DNA of 64,000 bases from an uncultured Chitinophaga sp. (lineage in GTDB: Bacteria > Bacteroidota > Bacteroidia > Chitinophagales > Chitinophagaceae): NCBI GenBank assembly GCA_965653365.1, contig CBFGZV010000021.1:10728-74727 (forward strand), written 5' to 3'. The position numbers and the translations under genes are program-made. The notes beneath the pieces are model-generated. The model was not told where the DNA came from, made no database searches, and saw only the letters and a list, made by a program, of their open reading frames with translations. This document shows positions 41,128 to 51,497 of this stretch, piece by piece (position 1 is the first letter of the stretch; each line of letters starts with the position of its first letter).

Positions 41128-42021
41128 ATGATTTTTCCCGATCTTCATCTTACACCAAAACCATTGTTTGTGCCCAATAAATTGATCAGGGATTACTTTG
41201 ATTTTTCCCGCCGGGAACGTACCGGCATCGCCTGCCTGCTGGTACTCATCGCATTGATTTACAGTTTGCCTTACGGGTGGGGCTATTTGCATGAAAGCCG
41301 CATCAGGAGCGATACGGCCGGCTTCCGTGAGGCGGCGCTGGCTGTGGAGGCAATGATGCTGACAGACAGCATCGCACGCAGCAAACGAAAGCAATATGAA
41401 GGTCATGGCCCGCGGTACCGGCAATATGCGCCGGGAAAATATTCCTCTGCCAGCCCGCGATATGAAAAGGGGGCGTATGGCCGGAACCGTGACTACGGAG
41501 GGCGCTGGTACCCGTACGACAGTGGCCGCTATCGCAAAAAGGAATACTATCCGGGAAACAGGGGACAAGCATCCTGGAGAGACCGGCCCTATCAGTTCCG
41601 CGACAGCTCGCAGCGAAGGCCATTGAAGGTTGATATCAACGCTGCAGACAGTGCGCAGTGGGAACGCCTGCCACTCATAGGCCCGGTGCTGGCGCAGCGC
41701 ATCGTTCGGTTCAGGGAGCGCCTCGGCGGCTTTCACGAAGTGGCGCAAGTGGGCGAAACATATGGGCTGGCAGACAGCGTATTTAAAAAAATTCAAGGGA
41801 TGTTGATGCTGGGTGAGGTTTCTCTAAGAAAGACCAACCTTAACCAGACAGATGAAAAATCTTTGGCCGATCACCCATACATCAACACGAAACTGGCCCG
41901 GTTGATAGTACGGTATCGCAGTAACCACGGGCCTTTCAGGCACCCCGGCGAGCTCAGGGGCATTGCTTTGGTGAATGACTCCATTTATCGTAAACTTGAA
42001 AAATACTTGGAGGTCAAATAA
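41128..42021 (+). CDS. ComEA-like helix-hairpin-helix DNA-binding protein, membrane anchored
   Basis: TM helix [13 protein letters not shown], an Arg/Tyr/Gly-rich linker, then two HhH units ([24 protein letters not shown] and [16 protein letters not shown]). Confidence 0.7.
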   Translation: MIFPDLHLTPKPLFVPNKLIRDYFDFSRRERTGIACLLVLIALIYSLPYGWGYLHESRIRSDTAGFREAALAVEAMMLTDSIARSKRKQYEGHGPRYRQYAPGKYSSASPRYEKGAYGRNRDYGGRWYPYDSGRYRKKEYYPGNRGQASWRDRPYQFRDSSQRRPLKVDINAADSAQWERLPLIGPVLAQRIVRFRERLGGFHEVAQVGETYGLADSVFKKIQGMLMLGEVSLRKTNLNQTDEKSLADHPYINTKLARLIVRYRSNHGPFRHPGELRGIALVNDSIYRKLEKYLEVK

Positions 42022-42037
42022 AACAAAATTTCCGGTT

Positions 42038-43180
42038 ATGAATTTCCAGCCAACGGACATGCAACTACAGATCGCACAGGTCATCAGGGATTTTGGAAAA
42101 ACACACATTCTGCCGCATGTGCTGGAGTGGGATGAAACGCAGACTTTCCCCGTGGAGCTCTTTAAAAAAATGGGTGGCCTGGGGCTGATGGGCGTGCTGG
42201 TACCGGAAACCTACGGAGGCTCCGGGCTCGGTTACCTCGAATACGTGACCGTTATCAGCGAGGTGTCGCGTATTTGCGGCGCGGTGGGCCTGAGCCTGGC
42301 GGCGCACAACTCTCTTTGCACCGGTCACATTCTCCAGTTCGGCAGCGAAGCGCAGAAGCAGCAATATCTTCCCAGGCTGGCCACCGCCGAATGGATAGGC
42401 GCCTGGGGCCTCACCGAGCCGAACACCGGCTCCGACGCCATGAACATGAAATGTACCGCCCGCAGGGAAGGGGACGAATGGGTGATCAACGGCACCAAAT
42501 GCTGGATCACGCACGGCAAAAGCGGCGACGTGGCCGTGGTGATTGCCCGTACCGGTGAACTGCGCGACAGCCGCGGCATGAGCGCATTTATCGTGGAAAG
42601 GGGCACGCCCGGTTTCAGCGGCGGTAAAAAAGAGAATAAACTCGGCATGCGCGCTTCCGAAACCGCGGAAATGATTTTCGATAACTGCCGCATTCCCGCC
42701 GGCAACCTCATCGGCAAGGAGGGAGAAGGATTCATTCAATCCATGAAGGTGCTCGACGGGGGCCGTATCTCCATCGCCGCCCTGTCGCTCGGCATCGCCA
42801 AAGGCGCGTACGACGCGGCGCTGAAATATTCGCAGGAGCGTTACCAGTTCGACCAGCCCATCGCCAATTTCCAGGGCGTGTCTTTCAAACTCGCCGATAT
42901 GCACACCAACATCGCGGCGGCCGAACTCCTGACGATGCAGGCGGCGGACATGAAAAACAAACACCTGCCCATGACGCAGCAGGCCGCCATGGCGAAATAT
43001 TATGCCTCCGAAGTGGCCGTGAGAACGGCGGACGATGCCGTGCAGATTTTCGGGGGGTACGGCTATACGAAAGATTTTCCCGTGGAAAAATTCTATCGCG
43101 ACGCCAAGCTCTGCACCATTGGGGAAGGCACGTCCGAGATTCAAAAGATCGTGATAGCGCGTGAAGCATTGAAAAAATAA
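42038..43180 (+). CDS. acyl-CoA dehydrogenase
   Basis: [10 protein letters not shown], the catalytic-base region YASE, and IGEGTSEIQ at the C-terminus. The ATG at 42038 (MNFQPTD) is preferred. Confidence 0.93.
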   Translation: MNFQPTDMQLQIAQVIRDFGKTHILPHVLEWDETQTFPVELFKKMGGLGLMGVLVPETYGGSGLGYLEYVTVISEVSRICGAVGLSLAAHNSLCTGHILQFGSEAQKQQYLPRLATAEWIGAWGLTEPNTGSDAMNMKCTARREGDEWVINGTKCWITHGKSGDVAVVIARTGELRDSRGMSAFIVERGTPGFSGGKKENKLGMRASETAEMIFDNCRIPAGNLIGKEGEGFIQSMKVLDGGRISIAALSLGIAKGAYDAALKYSQERYQFDQPIANFQGVSFKLADMHTNIAAAELLTMQAADMKNKHLPMTQQAAMAKYYASEVAVRTADDAVQIFGGYGYTKDFPVEKFYRDAKLCTIGEGTSEIQKIVIAREALKK

Positions 43181-43203
43181 AAAGTGGTCAATAAAACACG
43201 GAA

Positions 43204-43234
43204 GGGGATGGTGAGAGCCATCCCCTTTCTGTTT
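43204..43234 (+). terminator. intrinsic terminator
   Basis: Stem ggggatgg/ccatcccc followed by tttctgttt. Confidence 0.7.
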
Positions 43235-43669
43235 GCGGGAAGGCAACGTACGTGTTATTGGAACAGTTCCTGCCCTCTGGAGGGGGCACATGAAGCACCG
43301 GAGGGAGGGTAGGTGCGGACCTGATTTGCAGCGGCAGGACTTACCGGAACCGCATTTGCTATTGGGGCAGCGGGAAGCAGGGATGATTATGCTGTTTTTT
43401 GAATTTGTTCCCGCAGCACGGAAAATATCTGCGCCGGTAAGCTGGGTCCGGTAGCAGAACGTGACAAACAAATGTTTACGAAAAGTAAAATCTCCGGATG
43501 GCGCCCGCGAAATACCTACTTTGGTTGAAATCCTGCTTATTTTGCAATCGTTTGCAATTCCAGGGGAATGACAAATGATTATATAAAATTATTATTTCAT
43601 GATACTAATTTATCGGTATGAAGTTTTAGTTTTACCCGGCAAGTGAAAAACCTACAATAACCATTACAT

Positions 43670-45298
43670 ATGACCACTTTCGAGGAACAATTGAGCCATC
43701 TGTTTCCGGCAGCCTCCGACATCCCTGCGGAGTATGCATTGCCGGCGGAAGTCCATCAGCGGGAATATCTCTCCGATGGCGTTATGAAAACATGGAGCGG
43801 GGAAGTGCACACTGTGCTGTCGCCCATCTGTATTAAAACCGAAAACGGCCTGGAGCGAAAGGTGATCGGTTCTTACCCGTTATGCGGGGAAGAAGAAGCG
43901 ATGGCCTCGCTGAATGCCGCCATCCGCGCTTACAATAACGGTCGCGGCGAATGGCCGACCATGTCGGTGGCCGAACGGATTGCCTGCGTGGAGAAGTTCA
44001 CAGGTAAGATGATCGCCAAGAAGAAGGATGTGGTAAAGCTCATCATGTGGGAAATCGGCAAGTCGTGGGCGGATTCCGTGAAGGAATTCGACCGTACGGT
44101 GGAGTACATCAACGCCACCATCGACGCGCTGAAAGATCTCGACCGCAAATCGTCCGGCTTCTCCATCGAGCAGGGCATCATCGGGCAGATACGGCGCTCT
44201 CCGCTTGGTGTGGTGCTGTGCATGGGGCCATTCAACTATCCGTTGAACGAAACGTTCACCACCCTTATCCCGGCGCTGATCATGGGCAACACCCTGCTCT
44301 TCAAACCGCCGAAACACGGTACGTTATTACATTATCCGTTGCTGGAGGCATTCCGCGATTGTTTCCCGGCCGGCGTGGTCAATACCATTTACGGGCGCGG
44401 CAACGTGATCATCGGGCCGCTGATGGAATCCGGCAAAATCAACGTGCTGACGCTGATCGGCTCCAGCAAGGTGGCCAACCAGCTGAAGAAGATGCATCCC
44501 AAGGTAAACCGCCTTCGCGCCATCCTGGGGCTCGACGCCAAAAATGCCGCGATCATCACGGAAAAAGCAGACATCGACCTGGCCGTCAAAGAATGTGTGC
44601 TGGGCTCGCTATCCTTTAACGGGCAACGCTGTACGGCCATCAAGATCGTTTTTGTGCACCGCAATGTGGCGGATGCCTTCCTGGAAAAATTTGCCGCCGC
44701 TATCGGGAAGCTGAAATTCGGGATGCCCTGGGAGAAAGACGTTTTTCTCACCCCGCTCCCGGAACCGCATAAACCGGGTTATTTGCAGAGTTGCGTAGCC
44801 GATGCGGCTGCTCATGGGGCCAGGGTGATAAATGCCAATGGCGGGGCTGCAAATGCCTCTTTCGTGTACCCTGCGCTGGTGTATCCTGTCACGGAGAAGA
44901 TGAAACTATACCGGGAGGAGCAATTCGGGTCGGTTATCCCGGTGCTGCCCTTCGACAGCATGGAAACGCCGATCGATTACCTGATCGAATCGGACCATGG
45001 ACAGCAGGTGAGCCTCTTTACGAACGACGCCGCGGAGCTGGCTTCGCTCATCGATCCCCTGGTGAACCAGGTGAGCCGCGTGAACATCAATTGCCAGTGT
45101 CAGCGTGGCCCCGACATCTTCCCCTTCACGGGCAGAAAAGACTCGGCGGAAGCCACCCTGTCGGTTTTTGACGCCCTGCGCGCGTTTTCCATCCGCTCCC
45201 TGGTAGCGACCAAACAGACGGATGAGAACAAAGCACTGATAAATCAGATCGTCAGCGAACAAAGTTCAAACTTTCTTTCAACAAAGTATATTTTTTAA
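43670..45298 (+). CDS. aldehyde dehydrogenase family protein, GapN-like (non-phosphorylating)
   Basis: Catalytic Cys context FNGQRCTAIK, the EEQFGSV motif, and the GSSKVA cofactor loop. Confidence 0.85.
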   Translation: MTTFEEQLSHLFPAASDIPAEYALPAEVHQREYLSDGVMKTWSGEVHTVLSPICIKTENGLERKVIGSYPLCGEEEAMASLNAAIRAYNNGRGEWPTMSVAERIACVEKFTGKMIAKKKDVVKLIMWEIGKSWADSVKEFDRTVEYINATIDALKDLDRKSSGFSIEQGIIGQIRRSPLGVVLCMGPFNYPLNETFTTLIPALIMGNTLLFKPPKHGTLLHYPLLEAFRDCFPAGVVNTIYGRGNVIIGPLMESGKINVLTLIGSSKVANQLKKMHPKVNRLRAILGLDAKNAAIITEKADIDLAVKECVLGSLSFNGQRCTAIKIVFVHRNVADAFLEKFAAAIGKLKFGMPWEKDVFLTPLPEPHKPGYLQSCVADAAAHGARVINANGGAANASFVYPALVYPVTEKMKLYREEQFGSVIPVLPFDSMETPIDYLIESDHGQQVSLFTNDAAELASLIDPLVNQVSRVNINCQCQRGPDIFPFTGRKDSAEATLSVFDALRAFSIRSLVATKQTDENKALINQIVSEQSSNFLSTKYIF

Positions 45299-45310
45299 CC
45301 AATTGTAAAT

Positions 45311-45356
45311 ACGCTGGCTTGCTAAAACTTAGCAGGCCAGCGTTTCGTTTTTTAAT
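45311..45356 (+). terminator. intrinsic terminator
   Basis: 13-bp stem acgctggcttgct/agcaggccagcgt (one G-U pair), followed by a long T-rich run. Confidence 0.75.
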
Positions 45357-45448
45357 TTTTTTTTTAATAAATACACATAAGTGTGATGGAAAATTGTAAA
45401 CAGAAAGTTAAATTTGGGTTAATTACTTTCCTTACCAATTTATCAACC

Positions 45449-46033
45449 TTAAACACAAACAGAAAGATCGAGAAAATTTCTACTCCAAAGTAAAGCCGCC
45501 TCATTCGGGGCGGTTTTAATTTTGGGTAACCGGTCAGCTGCAAAACTCATCAACAGCGAAGGCACGTGGCCGTACATTTTTTTGAAGGCGGCGGAAAAAT
45601 GATTCGGCGCGCTGTAACCCAGGTAATCCGCCACTTCGTTCACATTCATCTTCCTTTCCGCCAGCAGTCGCCGCGCGGTTTTCATTTTCAGCTCCTGCAC
45701 GAACCCGAAAACGGTGTGCCCGAATAATCGTTTGAAATCTTTCTTCAGCTTGAATTCATTCAACCCGAATTTCCTGCAAAGCAGGTCCAGGCTCAGTTCC
45801 GGGCTCAGGAACGATTCGCGCAGGTAATCTTTCACCTGTTGCAAACGCTGCAGGTCGGCCGCGGAAACCGGTAGCCCCGGCGCGGCTTTTACCTGGAAAT
45901 GGAGCAGCGCCTGGAGGGGATCCCATAATTCGTCCGCCGCGAAATCCGCCGCATCGAAGGCGCCTGCATGATCTGTAAAAAAAGCATGATTGGCGGCGCT
46001 GTGCACCGCATGTGTAGTGATGTTTGGGGTCAT
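45449..46033 (-). CDS. AraC family transcriptional regulator
   Basis: C-terminal double HTH, including VADYLGYSAPNHFSAAFKKMYG. Confidence 0.8.
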   Translation of the reverse strand: MTPNITTHAVHSAANHAFFTDHAGAFDAADFAADELWDPLQALLHFQVKAAPGLPVSAADLQRLQQVKDYLRESFLSPELSLDLLCRKFGLNEFKLKKDFKRLFGHTVFGFVQELKMKTARRLLAERKMNVNEVADYLGYSAPNHFSAAFKKMYGHVPSLLMSFAADRLPKIKTAPNEAALLWSRNFLDLSVCV

Positions 46034-46130
46034 AACAGTAAATCCGTTTTTCGTATATGTTTATCCGTTTGTCGTACCTATTGGGGTCTTATCGCGAAAT
46101 AACTTTGCTGCCACAAAAATAATCACAAAC

Positions 46131-47006
46131 ATGTTGCGGAAAATACTGAAATGGACGGGCGGCATCATCGCTACACTAATTGCAGGGATTCTTATTTTTT
46201 ATTTCATCATGCGTATTCAGGTGGGTAACAGGAGGGACAAAGTGTACAACGTACAAGTACGGATGCTGGATATTCCTTCGGATTCGGCCACCATGGCGAA
46301 TGGCGCGCATATCTACGCTACGAAAGGCTGTGCTGACTGCCATGGCGATAATGGGGCGGGAAAATTTTTCCTGGAAGACCCCATGGTGGGTACGCTTTCG
46401 GGCACCAATCTTACCAGCGGAAAGGGCGGCCGCCCGGCCGGTTACGGCAACCGGGAATGGCTGCTGGCATTGCGCCACGGGCTGAACGCACATCGCAAAC
46501 CGCTGGTGATCATGCCTTCTTACGAATACTATCAAATGTCGGATCATGATATCGCAAGCCTTATTGCTTATCTGAAATCGATGCCTCCGGTGGATCATGA
46601 AGTGCCCGCTCCGGTGTTGGGCCCGCTGGGCACGGTGCTGTCGGGGTTGGATAAACTTCCGCTGATCCCCGCGGAGAAAATCCAGCACGCGTTCAAATCG
46701 CCGGCGCGTGTAGAAAGGGCCGTTACGCCGGCATACGGGCAATATTTGTCGATGTCGTGCACCGGCTGCCACAAACCCGGCCTGAAGGGCGGAGACAGCC
46801 CCATTCCCGGCGGTACGCCCGTTGCGGACATCACCACGGCTGGCAACCTCGGCAAATGGAGCATGGCTCAATTCATCGCCATGATGCGCACCGGCAAAAC
46901 GCCGGAAGGGCGCCAGATTAAGAACGACGACATGCCCTGGAAAATGACCGGTAAATATACGGACGACGAGCTGCAGGCATTGTATCTCTACCTGAAGACT
47001 TTGTAA
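46131..47006 (+). CDS. membrane-anchored dihaem c-type cytochrome
   Basis: Two CXXCH motifs (CADCHG and CTGCHK) and an N-terminal TM helix. The ATG at 46131 is preferred. Confidence 0.8.
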   Translation: MLRKILKWTGGIIATLIAGILIFYFIMRIQVGNRRDKVYNVQVRMLDIPSDSATMANGAHIYATKGCADCHGDNGAGKFFLEDPMVGTLSGTNLTSGKGGRPAGYGNREWLLALRHGLNAHRKPLVIMPSYEYYQMSDHDIASLIAYLKSMPPVDHEVPAPVLGPLGTVLSGLDKLPLIPAEKIQHAFKSPARVERAVTPAYGQYLSMSCTGCHKPGLKGGDSPIPGGTPVADITTAGNLGKWSMAQFIAMMRTGKTPEGRQIKNDDMPWKMTGKYTDDELQALYLYLKTL

Positions 47007-47143
47007 CCATAGCTTGCCTGCGGGTGGAAATATATTTTTCCTGCGTAGGGGTGGCGCGGTACCTGCGCCGTCTTATTCACAGCCACCCCCGCAACCTGCG
47101 GGCCCACCGGCAAATAATCGCTTCCGCAGGCCGGAAGTAACCA

Positions 47144-47179
47144 TAAAAAAAAGAGCGGCGCACCTTCACGGTGCGCCGC
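47144..47179 (-). terminator. intrinsic terminator of the clpX-containing transcript
   Basis: 10-bp stem gcggcgcacc/ggtgcgccgc, followed on the minus strand by a run of 8 T. Confidence 0.75.
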
Positions 47180-47299
47180 CTGCTAAAAAATGTGAGAATA
47201 TGTTATTGTTGATTATCGCTTTTTTCAGGAACCTCGGAGATCTTGCTTTCTGTCTGTTTTACGACATCCTGCGTTTATTCCGCCCCGCCGCCTGAGCGG

Positions 47300-47497
47300 C
47301 TAATCGAGGAAATCCCCTTCGGGTTTCTGCGGCTTCGCCGTTCCGCCGGCCATGCCGGTGAACCAGGCGTCTACGTTGCCGGCGATCATCGGGGGCAGTT
47401 TGCTTTTTACAAAGTCTTTCACGGCCTCAATGGCTTTCGCAGCCTGCTCATCGTTAATGCCTGCCTTGTCTTTCAATTGTTGAATCAACTCTTGCAT
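47300..47497 (-). CDS. small hypothetical protein (65 aa) downstream of clpX
   Basis: The ATG at 47497 gives MQELIQQLKDKAGINDEQAAKAIEAVKDFV..., a helical, plausible composition. The longer track ORF overlaps the clpX 3' end. Confidence 0.5.
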   Translation of the reverse strand: MQELIQQLKDKAGINDEQAAKAIEAVKDFVKSKLPPMIAGNVDAWFTGMAGGTAKPQKPEGDFLD

Positions 47498-47508
47498 GAG
47501 ATTGGGTT

Positions 47509-48753
<1,245 letters not shown>

Positions 48754-48895
48754 CTTTCTTATTTGATTTTTTACGGGTTGAATGGAACTTGCGTTTCATT
48801 CTTACTTCTATTTGATTTTTTTACGGGTAGAATGGAACTTGCGTTTCATTCTTGCTTATTTGATTTTTACGGGTAGAATGGAACTTGCGTTTCAT
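48754..48895 (-). repeat. three tandem 45-50-bp repeats immediately upstream of the clpX start codon
   Basis: Units 48754-48800, 48801-48850 and 48851-48895 share tatttgattttt(t)acgggtWgaatggaacttgcgtttcat. The clpX start context (tttcat at 48748-48753) looks like the edge of a partial fourth copy. Confidence 0.9.
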
Positions 48896-49090
48896 CCGTC
48901 GGCTGAAAGGCGTCCCGGTTGCTCCCTCAGATTTTATCGGGCCAGGCAGCGCGCTGTTTCCATTAGCAATCTTTTCCATGCGTTGCCGGGGGCTTCCTTC
49001 AACAGAACCGTAAAATTACACTTTTTTGCGGGGATGCACAGGGAAAATGCCGGATTTAACAACGCTTTAGGTGTTAATCCCTTAAACGGA

Positions 49091-49116
49091 AAACGTCCCG
49101 CCGGAGCGGGACGTTT
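49091..49116 (-). terminator. hairpin terminator/attenuator after clpP
   Basis: 11-bp stem aaacgtcccgc/gcgggacgttt with loop cgga, 5 nt after the clpP stop. Confidence 0.6.
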
Positions 49117-49121
49117 CAGCA

Positions 49122-49829
49122 TTATTGCGGGTTGTTTTCACCCAGTTTTTTCTTCGGATTTTTATCGAGCACGTCGTCGATGATGCCGTATTCTTTGGCT
49201 TCGTCGGCAGTCATCCAGTAGTCGCGGTCACCGTCTTTCTCCACCTTTTTCACGGGCTGGCCGCTGTGGGAAGCGATGATTTCGTTCAGCTCTTTTTTCA
49301 GCTTCACGAACTCACGGGCGGTGATTTCGATGTCGGAAGTCTGGCCTTCGGCGCCGCCGTGCGGCTGGTGAATCATCACGCGGGCGTGTTTCAGGGCCGT
49401 GCGTTTTCCTTTCTGGCCGGCTACCAGCAGTACGGCGCCGAAAGAGGCGGCCATACCGGTACAGATAGTGGCTACTTCAGGAGAAATGATCTGCATGGTG
49501 TCGTAAATACCCAGGCCTGCGTATACGCTGCCGCCGGGGCTGTTGATGTACATCTGGATGTCGCGGTTGCGGTCTGCAGATTCCAAAAACAGCAGTTGGG
49601 CGGTGATCACGTTGGCTACGTAATCGTTTACCGGGTCTCCCAGGAAGATAATCCGGTCGGCCATCAGGCGGGAAAACACGTCCATCTGCGTTACGTTCAG
49701 CTGGCGTTCTTCGATGATATACGGCGTCAGCGAGTTGATCTGGTGGCGGGCGTAGCTGTCTACTACCAGGCTGCTGATTCCGCGGTGCTGTATGGCATAT
49801 TTCCGGAATTCGTTATTGTTAATGTTCAT
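49122..49829 (-). CDS. clpP: ATP-dependent Clp protease proteolytic subunit
   Basis: Catalytic Ser context GMAASFGAVLL and His context MIHQPHGG. Confidence 0.97.
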   Translation of the reverse strand: MNINNNEFRKYAIQHRGISSLVVDSYARHQINSLTPYIIEERQLNVTQMDVFSRLMADRIIFLGDPVNDYVANVITAQLLFLESADRNRDIQMYINSPGGSVYAGLGIYDTMQIISPEVATICTGMAASFGAVLLVAGQKGKRTALKHARVMIHQPHGGAEGQTSDIEITAREFVKLKKELNEIIASHSGQPVKKVEKDGDRDYWMTADEAKEYGIIDDVLDKNPKKKLGENNPQ

Positions 49830-51192
49830 GATGGTGGTGTTTATGAGGTAATTTTACAAATTCTTCTGCAGTTATTTCCTCTTCTTTCACGCTCACCTTG
49901 GTTTCAGCCCAATCAAACAGCTTCTGGGTGATCATTTCGCGGTAAGTCTGGTCTACATATTTCTCGTCCTGCAGCAGGCGCTCCAGGTAGCTGTCCAGCC
50001 ACTCTGCCTGTTCGCCGCCCAGGCCATAATATCCCATGATTTTAGCGCGTGCGTTTTCTTTCAGTTCCTCGAAGGATACTTCCAGTGAATTTTCGCGGAT
50101 CAGTTTATCGCTGATCAGCGTCCAGCGCAGCTGATGGTCGAAGTTCGGGTATTCGTGCTCGGCTTCCTCGGCTGTTTTGGGCTTTTCGCCGCCTTTCTGC
50201 AGCCAGCGTTTGAGGAATTCTTTCGGAAGCTCGATGGGAGTTTCGTGCACCAGGGTTTCGAACAGATCGTTATGAAGGTGGTTGGTGGCTTCCTGTTTCC
50301 AGTATTTGCCGATCTCTTCCTTCAGTTTGGCCCTGAATGCCTCTTCGGTAGTGATGTCCTGACCGGGGTACACTTCTTTGAAGAATTCTTCGTTCAGTTC
50401 CCTTTTTTCGATCAGGCCTACTTTGGTAACGGTGAGCTGGAAGTATTTTTTCACAGCTTCTTTGTCGTTGGCGTCAAGCCCCAGGTCTTTCGCGATGAAT
50501 TCCAGGCGCTCTTTGTCGAAGCCTTTAGACAGCTGGATAACCAGGGTGTCGCCGGCTTTTTTGCCCTGCAGTTTTTCCTGCACCGCGGGGGCGAAGTATT
50601 TCAGCAGGAGGTTGTTCTCTTTCTTTTCGGCGCCTTCAACAATGTTGCCTTTGGCGTCGCTTTCGATGAATTCTACGGTGAGCACGTTATCTTCAGTCGT
50701 GATGGTTTCCGGATCGCTCATTTTACCGCCTTTCAGCTGCAGGCGCTCCAGCTCCTGGTTCACCATCTCGTCGGATACTTTCACATTGTAACGGGTAAGG
50801 GCGGTTTTGCCGTTCAGCGGGGTCACTTCAAAAGAAGGCTTCAGGCCCACCTCGAAAGTAAAATCGTATGCTGCGGGCTTCGCATAATCCAGCTGTTTGG
50901 CTTCTGTGTCGGTAGACAGGGGCTGGGCGAAGATTTCCAGCTTTTCCTGTTGCAGGTAACCCATCAGTTCTTTTTCCACGGTTTTCAGAACTTCGTCCTG
51001 GAAAATAGCCGGGCCGCTCATTCTTTTGATCATGCCGGCGGGAACCTGGCCTTTACGGAATCCCGGGATGTTTGCATTCTTTGAAAAATGCTTCACTGCT
51101 TTCTCGAAATTGGGAAGATAGTCTTCCTGGCTCACTTTCACAGTGATCTTATCATTTAATAAACCAATGTTCTCTCTGGTTACGGTTGCCAT
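49819..51192 (-). CDS. tig: trigger factor
   Basis: N-terminal ribosome-binding signature (GFRKGQVP), a central PPIase-like region and C-terminal arms. The gene ends ...KLPHKHHHHEH and overlaps the clpP start by 11 nt. Confidence 0.92.
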   Translation of the reverse strand: MATVTRENIGLLNDKITVKVSQEDYLPNFEKAVKHFSKNANIPGFRKGQVPAGMIKRMSGPAIFQDEVLKTVEKELMGYLQQEKLEIFAQPLSTDTEAKQLDYAKPAAYDFTFEVGLKPSFEVTPLNGKTALTRYNVKVSDEMVNQELERLQLKGGKMSDPETITTEDNVLTVEFIESDAKGNIVEGAEKKENNLLLKYFAPAVQEKLQGKKAGDTLVIQLSKGFDKERLEFIAKDLGLDANDKEAVKKYFQLTVTKVGLIEKRELNEEFFKEVYPGQDITTEEAFRAKLKEEIGKYWKQEATNHLHNDLFETLVHETPIELPKEFLKRWLQKGGEKPKTAEEAEHEYPNFDHQLRWTLISDKLIRENSLEVSFEELKENARAKIMGYYGLGGEQAEWLDSYLERLLQDEKYVDQTYREMITQKLFDWAETKVSVKEEEITAEEFVKLPHKHHHHEH

Positions 51193-51267
51193 TTGTTTTT
51201 TGTTAATATATTAAAACACAGAATATAAAAAATGTTCGGCCAGTGAAGTTCCATGTACACGAAGATT

Positions 51268-51399
51268 GTGCCATGCCCCCGCAGAGAAGGAATGCCTGCC
51301 TTTTTAGCAGGCCGCGTGGCGCGTTGACAGTGGGAACTGGCCCTGCCCTGTCAAATACCCCGGCCGGAAGATGGCTTCCTGGACCGTCCAGGTGGCACC
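51268..51399. other. GC-rich multi-hairpin element in an AT-rich intergenic region (possible structured RNA; identity unknown)
   Basis: Closing helix gtgcca...tggcac. Internal hairpins are gcctgc/gcaggc, ttgacag/ctgtcaa, ggaag/cttcc and cctgg/ccagg. Confidence 0.3.
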
Positions 51400-51497
51400 T
51401 AATCAATTGACTCTCATCTTTTTAAATAGGCGGCACCCTGTCTTTAGGACTGCAAATATAAGGCATATTCACCGGGAAAAGGCAAATAATACGCCGC

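Noticed and set aside
42065-43471. 468-aa minus-strand ORF, and similar long shadow ORFs (8651-9640, 13340-14263, 27641-28561, 28856-30088, 30612-31466, 34566-35513, 38493-39704, 47605-48621, 49125-49931, 50134-51084, 52836-53834, 55318-56181)
   Set aside because: Each lies opposite a gene with clear family motifs and has low-complexity, motif-free translations. All are treated as GC-driven antisense ORFs.
47014-47295. 93-aa plus-strand ORF between the cytochrome c gene and the clpX operon
   Set aside because: The Pro/Ala/Gly-rich N-terminal two-thirds spans terminator hairpins and looks non-coding. Only its last 31 codons, from the ATG at 47200, were retained, as a speculative small-peptide observation.
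48754-48895. Tandem repeats upstream of clpX as a CRISPR array
   Set aside because: The units are directly contiguous with no unique spacers, there are only three copies, no cas genes are present, and the repeats match the clpX leader itself.
51268-51399. Identification of the GC-rich element as SRP (4.5S) RNA or a cobalamin riboswitch
   Set aside because: It shows partial resemblances only (AGGAAGC, CCCACUGU). It lacks the GGAA-tetraloop/symmetric-loop arrangement of SRP domain IV and the B12-box context. It is kept only as an unidentified structured element.
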